Below, one piece after another: positions 1-7,752 of a stretch of 64,000 nucleotides of DNA. Under the pieces are notes generated by a model. It had not been told where the DNA came from. It worked only from the letters and a program-made list of their open reading frames with translations, and did not search any database. The stretch lies in NCBI GenBank assembly GCA_024506175.1, contig JAMBEQ010000021.1:8538-72537 (forward strand). The letters run 5' to 3'. Made by a program: the position numbers and the translations under genes. How positions within the stretch are numbered: the stretch's first letter is position 1; every line of letters starts with the position of its first letter. This stretch comes from Methylocystis sp. GTDB lineage: Bacteria; Pseudomonadota; Alphaproteobacteria; Rhizobiales; Beijerinckiaceae.

Positions 1-107
1 TCCTCAGATTTTACTTGGCGCAGCGCTTATGCATTATCGAAACGACCGAAAGCGGCGCTGGTACCGCCGCTCTCGGCCTAACCACAATGCAGCTGGGATT
101 TTGCACC

Positions 108-479
108 ATGGCTAAAGACGAGAATACCACCCTTACCGACGCGATCGAGCGTCACCGCAGAGCGCTCGAGGGGTGGGGCGCGGCGAGCAAGGCGGCCGAT
201 CAGTGTTTTCAGACGGCGCGCGACAGTGCGGCGGCTAAGGAAACGTCCGAAGCAGCTTTGATGGCTGCTATGGAGCGGGAGGCCGAAGTCGGCCGGCAGA
301 TCGCCTGCAGCCGTTACCGCAAGAAGACGCACTTCCTGCAGGCGCTCCGGTGCCTCCACGAGACGCAGCGCGCCCTATACGGAGCCCCAGATTACGATGC
401 CGAGTTCGGCGTTGTGTTGCTGGCCATCGAGGAATACTTCGGCATTGGGGATGACGAAGCCGAGCAGGAAGCAGCCTGA
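108..479 (+). CDS. Hypothetical helical protein (island)
   Basis: Open frame 15-479; ATG at 108 taken as the likely start; Ala/Glu-rich helical composition; no recognisable family. Confidence 0.55.
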   Translation: MAKDENTTLTDAIERHRRALEGWGAASKAADQCFQTARDSAAAKETSEAALMAAMEREAEVGRQIACSRYRKKTHFLQALRCLHETQRALYGAPDYDAEFGVVLLAIEEYFGIGDDEAEQEAA

Positions 480-650
480 TCCGGCACCGGAGACGGCACG
501 ACCGAGGAGGCGCGCTTAGCGCGCATTTAAGTCCCTAACACCCCTCGTCAGGGTGATGCGCCAATGGCCGATTTGCCGCCCCTGTGCGGCCTTGGATGGA
601 GCACGGCAAGCGGAATGGCGCGCGCCTAGCCCTACCGGCGGAGAAGGGCG

Positions 651-688
651 CAAACAAAGAGCCCCGCGCTTGGAAGGACGCGGGGCTC
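651..688 (-). terminator. Rho-independent terminator, minus strand
   Basis: 10-bp perfect stem GAGCCCCGCG/CGCGGGGCTC (659-688) followed on the minus strand by TTTGTTTG. Confidence 0.6.
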
Positions 689-1032
689 CTGTCAGTGCTA
701 CTCTTAGGGGCGGAGTGCGGGGCTTCGAGCCAGACCTAACAAAGCCTCGTACAAGGCATCTTCCATCCGATCGAGGTCTCAATCAACTTGTGAAGTAAAT
801 CTAATTGGGGCAATTAATTAAGCTGATTGGACAGGTAAAAAGACTACCTTTTTGAGGGGCTGTACCTCGATTTGGCCCGAAATGGCAAATTGACAATTTA
901 CTCGGTCAACGCGGCAAATCGCTTTAGTCCATCCAATAAAAGGTAACTGTAATTGTCCTCTCCCCTTTTCGAGTTCGACGCTCGAAGCCGGCGCGCGCCG
1001 GTCTTCGAAGTGGATGAACTTAGGAGCGTATC

Positions 1033-1371
1033 ATGAAAAAATTCCTCGTGTCAGTAGCGATCGTCGCCCTTACCTCGAGTGGGGCCTTTGCGCAGACCCT
1101 GCTGCTCGGCGGGCCTGTGACGGCCAGCACCATCAACTCGGCCACCGCCTTTGCACCCCAGATTGGCGTCAACGTCGTTCCTCAGACCAACACCTCGACG
1201 CAGGTGAACGTCTCTCCGTCGGTAGCGGTCGGAGTGGCCGCCGCGGTTGGCGTCCTCGGGGCGGCAACGGCCAATGCCATCCCGGTCGCCTCGACGACGA
1301 GCACGCAAAGGGAGACCCAGATCAACTTTTCCAATGCCCAGAACCGTCTGTCGCAGGGCATCCTCTTCTGA
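1033..1371 (+). CDS. Secreted low-complexity V/A/T/S/N/Q-rich protein
   Basis: RBS AGGAG before ATG; signal peptide MKKFLVSVAIVALTSSGAFA; GC3-biased codons; homologous C-terminus at 23699-23806. Confidence 0.8.
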   Translation: MKKFLVSVAIVALTSSGAFAQTLLLGGPVTASTINSATAFAPQIGVNVVPQTNTSTQVNVSPSVAVGVAAAVGVLGAATANAIPVASTTSTQRETQINFSNAQNRLSQGILF

Positions 1372-1410
1372 GGCAAGCGGGCCTAGCGCTTAGATCGCAT
1401 CAACGAAGGA

Positions 1411-1439
1411 CCATGGCGGCGTTTTTCGCGCCGCCATGG
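1411..1439. terminator. Hairpin downstream of the secreted-protein gene
   Basis: Perfect 11-bp inverted repeat CCATGGCGGCG/CGCCGCCATGG. Confidence 0.5.
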
Positions 1440-1682
1440 ACGGCGTTAGGGCGGCAGTCCAAAAGCGTCCCCCATCTGTTATGGCCGCTTGTTACTGTTG
1501 CGCCATTTGCCCTGAAATTGACCGGGGTTTTCGAGGTCGCCGTGACGCGCTCTAGTACGTGCCGTCCAATTTGCCCGACTGTTGCATCCACGGTCGGGGC
1601 GCTGCCTCTTTTGGGCTAGCTAATCTCGCGCCCCATCCCGCTCGCGCGATACTGCGACTAATCCGGGCGGGCATGCCCGAGG

Positions 1683-1886
1683 TCAGTCCTCGGTACTGCC
1701 ACTTTCGCGCGCTCTCTTGGCCAGCGCTTCGTCTATCAACTTCCTGATTTCAGGGCGCACTTTTCTGCTGCCTTGTTCCAGGAGTCCGGGGATTTGGCCG
1801 GCCCGAATTTGGGCGGCCGTTGTGCGGCGCTTTCTTTCTGCAAGCCAGACGTCATGGTCTTTGGATCGCAAGTCTTTGGATCGCAT
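1683..1886 (-). CDS. Small basic hypothetical protein
   Basis: 67-aa ORF with a helical-looking C-terminus (VRPEIRKLIDEALAKR); start uncertain because of a 15-bp tandem duplication at 1857-1885. Confidence 0.35.
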   Translation of the reverse strand: MRSKDLRSKDHDVWLAERKRRTTAAQIRAGQIPGLLEQGSRKVRPEIRKLIDEALAKRARESGSTED

Positions 1887-2279
1887 GGATCAATAAATAG
1901 GGCGCTAGCAGCCGCCCGCATGGTGTCGGCGCCTCCTATGAGGTCGTGCGCAATCTTCTGTGGGATGACGCGCAAAATGGGCGAGGTGGCCCCGCCACCT
2001 CGCCCGAGAGATACGCCGCAAAATCTGGTCCGATTAATGAGACCGAGCCGCAACGCAGTCAAATACCGTCTCTTGATGATCGCTACATCAACAGCGGCAG
2101 TTTAATCGGAATCTCTTCGACAGCTCTACCTGTTGGTAATACCTAACCAGGGAAGGGGGCCCTGGGGGCATGATTCCCAGCCCCAGGCGCGCGCGCTAGT
2201 GTTTCAGGCGTTTGGCTAGGTGGTCGGGTCAGATGCACCGCTCTATTTCCTTGCCCGCAGCAAGGGAAGGAATTTGGCA

Positions 2280-2486
2280 ATGACTCGGATCAAGCTTCTT
2301 GAATTTATGGTAGCTGCAACCTTGGTTCTCAGCTTTGAGCCGCCCGCAGAGGCGACTCCTGCAGCTGGGCCTATTGGCGTTTCCGTTTCTGACGGTCTCG
2401 TAGTGCAAGCTGTGACGCGTGCCGGCGTTGCTCATAGGTCCGCTCGCCGAACCGCCCGCCGCGTCGTTCGCCGCCACACTTACTAG
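2280..2486 (+). CDS. Small secreted protein with Arg-rich ARRTARRVVRR tail
   Basis: AAGGAA upstream of ATG; signal-peptide-like N-terminus; terminator immediately downstream. Confidence 0.65.
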   Translation: MTRIKLLEFMVAATLVLSFEPPAEATPAAGPIGVSVSDGLVVQAVTRAGVAHRSARRTARRVVRRHTY

Positions 2487-2495
2487 GCGTCGAAA

Positions 2496-2531
2496 AAACG
2501 CCCCGCCGTTACATCAACGGTCGGGGCGTTT
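2496..2531. terminator. Rho-independent terminator (possibly bidirectional)
   Basis: AAACGCCCCGCCGTT-acatc-AACGGTCGGGGCGTTT stem with A-run before and T-rich run after. Confidence 0.75.
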
Positions 2532-2886
2532 CTTGTTCCGCGGCTTGGGGTGCTGCGGATACAGAGCCTAGCGTTTAATTTGTAGAAAGTAAGGCCCGAC
2601 AGGCTGAGCGAGCTTCTAACGGCGCAGAAGGAGACGGTGGGGCTACGACTCAGCCGGGGACGGCGACTACGACCAGCCACATGGCACCCACGGCTACGAT
2701 ATACGCAGCGATGAGGAAAGCATCGTCCGACATTATCGGCGTCCGTTGCCCCCTTCAGAGCCCACCTATAGCGCGCCCTCGTGATGGCCAGGGTTGCAAT
2801 TTTCGCGGACGGCAACAGTCGGCTCGCGCATGTTCTCGAGACTCATTGCGGGGCCGGTGTAGCGGGAGGGCATAGTCACCAGCTCG

Positions 2887-3180
2887 TTACTTGCAGATGG
2901 TTTTGTCTTCTCTCGTTGAATATAGGCATGTCGGCGTGCGGCCTGGACAGATCCATTTATCACCGGGCTGATATGCGCAACCCAAGGCTTTTAAGACGCT
3001 ACTTTCCCCATTTCTCTCCTCGCACGCGGCGACCGTTAGTGCGCTATCGTCAGCGCCGCCTCGGCATTTCTGGTTGAGCGAATACCAGTTCTCCAACGCC
3101 ACTGATACGGCGGTTTCGGCGTGCGCGACGCCGCCAGATAAAAGCGTAGAAATCAATAACCTTATTACCCAATGGTTCAT
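2887..3180 (-). CDS. Small secreted cysteine-rich protein (6 Cys)
   Basis: RBS GGGAGG 7 nt before ATG; signal peptide ending AHA; CRGG...AC...GC...C...C...C pattern. Confidence 0.75.
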   Translation of the reverse strand: MNHWVIRLLISTLLSGGVAHAETAVSVALENWYSLNQKCRGGADDSALTVAACEERNGESSVLKALGCAYQPGDKWICPGRTPTCLYSTREDKTICK

Positions 3181-3231
3181 GGTTGATCCTCCCTTGCTTG
3201 GTCTACTTGTGCGAAGGCAGGATACGAGGAG

Positions 3232-3807
3232 TTAAATGATCCGCCCGTAATTACACAGCTCATTCGCAGTCTTTGGGAGACCCTGCCGGTCCAACGCGAC
3301 AATATATTCTTCCGCGGTCACCAAGGGGTTCTTGAGCCGCGCGCGGCATCGCTGTGCGGCGATGATGACCGAAGCATTGTCGAGGCCAAACTGATAATGA
3401 ACGAAGTCGTCCGGGTGCAGTAGCTCGACATTGAACTACGCGAGATAATCGCCGGGAAAATCTTTCTGATTGAATGTGACGATCGCGTCGCATTCGGAAG
3501 CAATTGCCGCGGCCAGCACATGCCGGTCGTCTGGGTCTGGCAGCCTCAGGCCCTCAATCAGGTCCTCGTAGCCCGAGACGTTGGCGTCAGGGACGGCCTT
3601 GTTCATGAGGGTCTTGGTCCGCTCCAGCCGTTCTCGGGTCAGATCGGTCCGGTTTTCGAGGAGGTTTCTCATCCACTCGTCATGGACCGCGTCGGACCAC
3701 TTGGCGCGAAACAGCTTTGCCGCCGCGAGCTCCATGAGCAGGTCTCGCAGCGGCGCAGGGTAGAGGACACATGCGTCAAGAAAAACAGTGTATGGGGATG
3801 TTTTAAT
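3232..3807 (-). pseudogene. PIN-domain (VapC-like) toxin, disrupted
   Basis: Motifs FLDACVLYP, LPDPDDRHVLAAAI, IVTFNQKDFP; in-frame TAG at 3436-3438, after which the same frame continues FNVELLHPDDF...GLPKTANEL to TAA at 3232; no ATG/GTG/TTG upstream of the first Asp motif. Confidence 0.85.
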
Positions 3808-4252
3808 AGCCGAACCCCAGCTCTTGGGCTTCCGCCGCTAACTCCTCCATGGCCTTCTGGCGTTCGGCTTCGGCAGCCAACCGATAAGCTTCCAAGTCTG
3901 AAAACTTAATGCGGCGGTGTGTACCTACCTTGTTAAACTTGATCTTCCCCTCTTCGAGCAGCTTCACGAGATGGGGTCGCGACACATTCAATAGGTCTGC
4001 AGCTTCCTGTGTAGTGAGCTCGGCGTGAATAGGGATAATCGTGACGGCGTTGCCGATCGCCATCTCTTTGAGGATATGATGCAGCAGGTCGGCAGCGGCT
4101 TTTGGCAGGCGCAATACTTTCCCGTCGTCAAATTGCACCTGTAGTTCGTCGCCTGTGCGTTGCCGGTGACGAGACAGCTCTCTGCTCGCCTCCACGGCTA
4201 GCTCGGCGTCTTCCTGTGACGGCAGCACAGGACGGTCGAGCGTCGCGGTCAT
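3803..4252 (-). CDS. Excisionase-family (Xis/MerR-like) HTH protein, putative antitoxin of the PIN toxin
   Basis: ELTTQEAADLLNVSRPHLVKLLEEGKI...VGTHRRI motif; directly upstream of PIN; RBS GAGGAAGAG. Confidence 0.9.
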   Translation of the reverse strand: MTATLDRPVLPSQEDAELAVEASRELSRHRQRTGDELQVQFDDGKVLRLPKAAADLLHHILKEMAIGNAVTIIPIHAELTTQEAADLLNVSRPHLVKLLEEGKIKFNKVGTHRRIKFSDLEAYRLAAEAERQKAMEELAAEAQELGFGY

Positions 4253-4272
4253 CTCTTCCTCTCTCCGTGGCA

Positions 4273-4342
4273 GGATAATTTTTTTATCCAGCCACCTATC
4301 ACACTGATGGCGATTCGCGTCAATATTCGAAACAACCGAAAC
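4273..4342 (-). promoter_or_regulatory. Putative promoter/operator of the HTH-PIN operon
   Basis: Palindrome GGATAA-N5-TTATCC (4273-4289); TTGACG -35-like hexamer on the minus strand; direct repeat CGAAAC-N3-CGAAAC (4328-4342). Confidence 0.45.
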
Positions 4343-4630
4343 GCAGGTGGGTTCCCGACATTTCCAAGCAGATTAATCCAATAAGGTTAAGCCGTCGGCC
4401 TTTTCCCGTGTCAGATTGGAATGTCTGACGGGATAACAGTTTTTTTCTCGGACCCGGATGTTTTCGCCCGGGAGGCGTGTGGCGTCGTTAGGACGTGGAC
4501 GACAACGCTTCGATTTTACCCCTGCCGGGTGGGGGTGCCCCCTCGTGGCCATATCGCGGCCTGGGCCATCCGCGGATAGGAGGTCCTGCCCATCAGGGCT
4601 GGCCTATCCAGCCCATGCGGACGGGCCGTG

Positions 4631-5050
4631 TCAGGCTGCCTTGCGGTGGGGGGTGACGCGACCAGCGCTGGAGGCTGATACGCTCGCCTCCATCGCGCGA
4701 CGCGTGACAGGCGGGAGCAGCGCATCTTTCATCTCGAGCGTAATCTCGATCCCCAGCGACTGGCGCAGGCTCTGGTAGCGGATCAGCGTCAGGTAATCCT
4801 CGCCTCCCAGCTCAAGCGCCTCACCATAGCGCGTAGCGACGAGCCGGCCGCCAAGCGCACCAAGCAGCGCTGACAGGCTGCACTCGCCCAGACGCTTGAC
4901 CTCGCCAGGCCCGAGCAGCTTCGGAACGTATCTCTCAGCCAGGCCGGCAACCGCGTCCAATTCGACCATGGTTAGTCCCAGCTCACGCCGCCTCGCGTCG
5001 AGGGCGCGTCGCAGGCTGGCGTAATCGGAGATGGTGACCGCAGTCGGCAT
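4631..5050 (-). CDS. XRE/Cro-like HTH protein (phage-like)
   Basis: LRRALDARRRELGLTMVELDAVAGLAERYVPKL HTH pattern; ATG at 5050 preferred over 5074. Confidence 0.6.
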   Translation of the reverse strand: MPTAVTISDYASLRRALDARRRELGLTMVELDAVAGLAERYVPKLLGPGEVKRLGECSLSALLGALGGRLVATRYGEALELGGEDYLTLIRYQSLRQSLGIEITLEMKDALLPPVTRRAMEASVSASSAGRVTPHRKAA

Positions 5051-5163
5051 AGAGAGGCTCCGCGAAGCAATCAACGCGGATGCAATGTAGATTGCCGAGC
5101 ATCACAGCGCAAATCGGTGAATAGGCAGTCAGCGGCCCGTTGGATAGACGACTATGAGCGCTC

Positions 5164-5230
5164 GGGGTTCCGCCGGGGTTCCGCATAAAAAACCGCTTGG
5201 GGCCGGACTCTCATAAGTCTTTGATTGTGA
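5164..5230. mobile_element. Putative attachment-site arm of an island integrated at the tRNA-Thr 3' end
   Basis: Tandem GGGGTTCCGC repeats (5164-5184) and TAAGTCTTTGAT motif just beyond the tRNA CCA end; accessory, AT-richer DNA to the left. Confidence 0.5.
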
Positions 5231-5305
<75 letters not shown>

Positions 5306-5337
5306 TAACTCATTGATTTTCTTAAATCAGAGCAAAC

Positions 5338-5366
5338 TTATAATCTTTCGCGCTCCCTTTTGTCAA
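5338..5366 (-). promoter_or_regulatory. Sigma70 promoter of tRNA-Thr
   Basis: TTGACA-N17-TTATAA (or N18-TATAAG) about 30 nt upstream of the tRNA; second TTGACA copy at 5385-5390. Confidence 0.7.
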
Positions 5367-5410
5367 GGGAGCCGCCGTTGTCCTTGTCAAAGGAGCCGCG
5401 CCAGCCTCTC

Positions 5411-7012
5411 TCAATGCCGATCGACGAGAAGGCCTGCCCGTTGCACGAGCTTCAGCACTTTCTCGACGTCTTCGGCAGAGGAAGCTTCTAGCTTTTTGCG
5501 GCTCTCAATGGAGGCGCCGTCGTCCCGCAACCCATTTCCTCCACCGCGAGCTTCTTCGCGCATGGCCGCCGCGAGCTCGGACCGGTTTCGACGACCGTCG
5601 AGCAAGGGCAGGATCATTCGGGCGACTTCGCCGAGCTCGACGCGCTCATGTCGCGGGTTGACCGTGAATTCGGCGCCGGCCAAAGCGTCGCTCGCCGCCA
5701 ATCGGTCAGCCAGCGGACATTCCGGTATCACGGCGCTTCCCTCAACCGGTTCCACCGACGGGAAAACCAGGCCGACGAGCGTCATTCTGAAGAGGGCGTC
5801 GATAATCTCGGACTGGCTCTTCTCGGAGTCCCCGAAGGCAACGAGTTCCTCGGTCGCAGTCGAAGCGGGTAGCCGCTCGATCAGGCGGCGTATCGCATTC
5901 CTCGCGGCGGCGCTCGTCGTCGTCAATCGGCTGCGACCCGCGGGATCGGAAAACGCCCACGCGGATGGCTGAGCGGCGCCCGTAACTTCGGCGAGGCCGA
6001 GCGGCGCGACGAGATGCAAGCCCCGGATGCGCGAGGAATCGAGATTGCGCGAGATCGCCGCGCTTTGGGCGGTGGAAGCGAGCAAGGTCTGCCGGAAAGG
6101 CCGCCCGGACAGAATGTCGATGTCCTGCTCGATTGGAATCAGCTGTCCGCTGGACATTTGACGAAGGATCTGTCCGACATCGGCTCCGAAGTTCTCGGGC
6201 ACCATGCTGGGAATGTCGGCTTCTGCGAGATAGGCGAGTCCGTAGCGTTCCGCGTCGGAGATGAATTGCGAAAAAGCAAAGGGCTCGTTGTTTTCTTCGA
6301 TGAATTCGTGTCCGAGATAATCATCCGGAAGCGTCCGGAGGCGTTCCGCCTCCGCGCGCCATAATTGGCCCCAAACAGTTCCTTCCGTCGTTTGGTGCTT
6401 CATCATGTCGAAGAGCCAGCGCGCGAAAGCCACGCGCCGAGTCGGCGATTCATATTGGCCGGCGAAGAGGAGCAAGGAATCCCGAACGCCTTGCGCCATG
6501 CGCCACCCGGGAAGCACATTGTAGCTGACGTATGCAATTCCATCGGGCGCTAATCTTTTGCCGGCAATGCGCAGGATCGCCTTTCGGACCTCGTCGGGAA
6601 CCCAGGAATAGACGCCGTGGCAAATGATGTAGTCGAAGGGTTCGCCATCGTCGGCGAATTCGGTGAGATCGCGGTGTTGCAGGTCGATGTTGGTCAAACC
6701 CAGCCGCGCGATGCGCGCGCGTCCGTCGGCAATCTGGCGGCGCGAGTAATCGACGCCGACAAAGCGCGCCTCGGGAAAGCGCAGCGCGAGCGGAATAATG
6801 TTGCCGCCGCTTGCGCAACCCAGTTCCAGAACGCGCGCGCGGGCGACGGGAGGGGGCTCGAGGCCGAAGAGACGCGCGAGACCGGCCAGGCGGGCGGGCT
6901 GGGTCTCCGGAAAGGGATGCGAAGTATAGGGCAGTTGGTCGTAATGTTCGCTGCTGCGCACGTCGGCGCTCGGGGCGGCGTCGGGGGTGGTCGGCGACGT
7001 GTCGGTCAGCAT
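5411..7012 (-). CDS. Class I SAM-dependent methyltransferase with methyltransferase-regulatory domain
   Basis: YDQLPY N-terminus, motif I VLELGCASGGN, FDYIICHGVYSWVP, YVSYNVLPGW, YLGHEF. Confidence 0.9.
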   Translation of the reverse strand: MLTDTSPTTPDAAPSADVRSSEHYDQLPYTSHPFPETQPARLAGLARLFGLEPPPVARARVLELGCASGGNIIPLALRFPEARFVGVDYSRRQIADGRARIARLGLTNIDLQHRDLTEFADDGEPFDYIICHGVYSWVPDEVRKAILRIAGKRLAPDGIAYVSYNVLPGWRMAQGVRDSLLLFAGQYESPTRRVAFARWLFDMMKHQTTEGTVWGQLWRAEAERLRTLPDDYLGHEFIEENNEPFAFSQFISDAERYGLAYLAEADIPSMVPENFGADVGQILRQMSSGQLIPIEQDIDILSGRPFRQTLLASTAQSAAISRNLDSSRIRGLHLVAPLGLAEVTGAAQPSAWAFSDPAGRSRLTTTSAAARNAIRRLIERLPASTATEELVAFGDSEKSQSEIIDALFRMTLVGLVFPSVEPVEGSAVIPECPLADRLAASDALAGAEFTVNPRHERVELGEVARMILPLLDGRRNRSELAAAMREEARGGGNGLRDDGASIESRKKLEASSAEDVEKVLKLVQRAGLLVDRH

Positions 7013-7119
7013 GATGCGTCGATCCTATTACGGGGCAAGGCGAAGAATGAGGCGCAGAGCTTACGCGTGGCTTGCCGCTGATCGCCCCGGCGCGCCGGTT
7101 TGCGCGCTTTATTGCAAAA

Positions 7120-7154
7120 GTGATATTGATCAAAAATACAACCTAAGGTAGTAT
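7120..7154 (+). promoter_or_regulatory. Sigma70-like promoter with overlapping FNR/FixK-like box
   Basis: TTGATC-N17-TAGTAT (7126-7154); GTGAT-N4-ATCAA (7120-7133), one mismatch to TTGAT-N4-ATCAA. Confidence 0.4.
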
Positions 7155-7271
7155 TATAAGCGTTGCGATTTTAGCGAGGCGTCGTCCGTCAGCGAAAGCA
7201 TGCGGGCTCGGACGTCCTCCTCTTTGGACCGGGGGGCTGGTCCCTTTTTTATGACGCGATGGGAGGCTGGG

Positions 7272-7631
7272 GTGGTTGAAAGAATATTATCCGATGAGCT
7301 TTGGGCCACAGTTGCAGGCATTCTGCCAGAAAAGGAAGGCGATCCGGGTTGCCATGGGCGCGACAACAGGCTTTTTCTCGAGGCTGTTTTCTGGATTGCG
7401 CGTACGGGGTCTCCCTGGCGCGACCTGCCCTTCGAGTTCGGAAAATGGTACACAACTTATACGCGATATCATCGTTGGGAAAAGAAGGGCGTATGGCCGC
7501 GCGTTTTCGCGGCGCTGCAACAAGAGGGCGCCGTCGACCTGCTTCATTACGCGGATAGGCTTCGAGTAACGGACTGGGCGCCGCCGCCGGCTTCTGTAGA
7601 GGCTTTGCCGGGCGAACTGGCTGCAGCCTGA
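7272..7631 (+). mobile_element. IS5-family transposase N-terminal (DUF4096-like) domain only
   Basis: LSDELW...DNRLFLEAVFWIARTGSPWRDLP.EFGKW.T.Y.RYHRW...GVW motif; RBS GGGAGG before GTG; no DDE domain follows. Confidence 0.8.
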
Positions 7632-7752
7632 CGCGTAGCGCGCATTCCGCTCGCCTTGACTTGTGCGAGCGAGAAGAAAACGCGCCAACTCAAAAACTGG
7701 CGCGCATACTTATCGCAAAAGACGGTCAACTCTTGCGGAATGCGCTCTCGGG

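Noticed and set aside
1400-1591. 63-aa minus-strand ORF in the island
   Set aside because: No clear RBS or motif, and it overlaps the hairpin and conserved 3' element of the 1033-1371 gene
1857-1885. 15-bp tandem duplication GTCTTTGGATCGCAA
   Set aside because: Only two units; consistent with local slippage and no array structure
2590-2715. Possible phage-gene relic (RLSELLTAQKETVGL) and three CTACGA repeats
   Set aside because: Too short, no start codon, repeats irregularly spaced; cannot be supported without a search
3436-3438. Pyrrolysine recoding of the PIN TAG
   Set aside because: No pyl genes in the window and a non-catalytic position; simple nonsense mutation is more parsimonious
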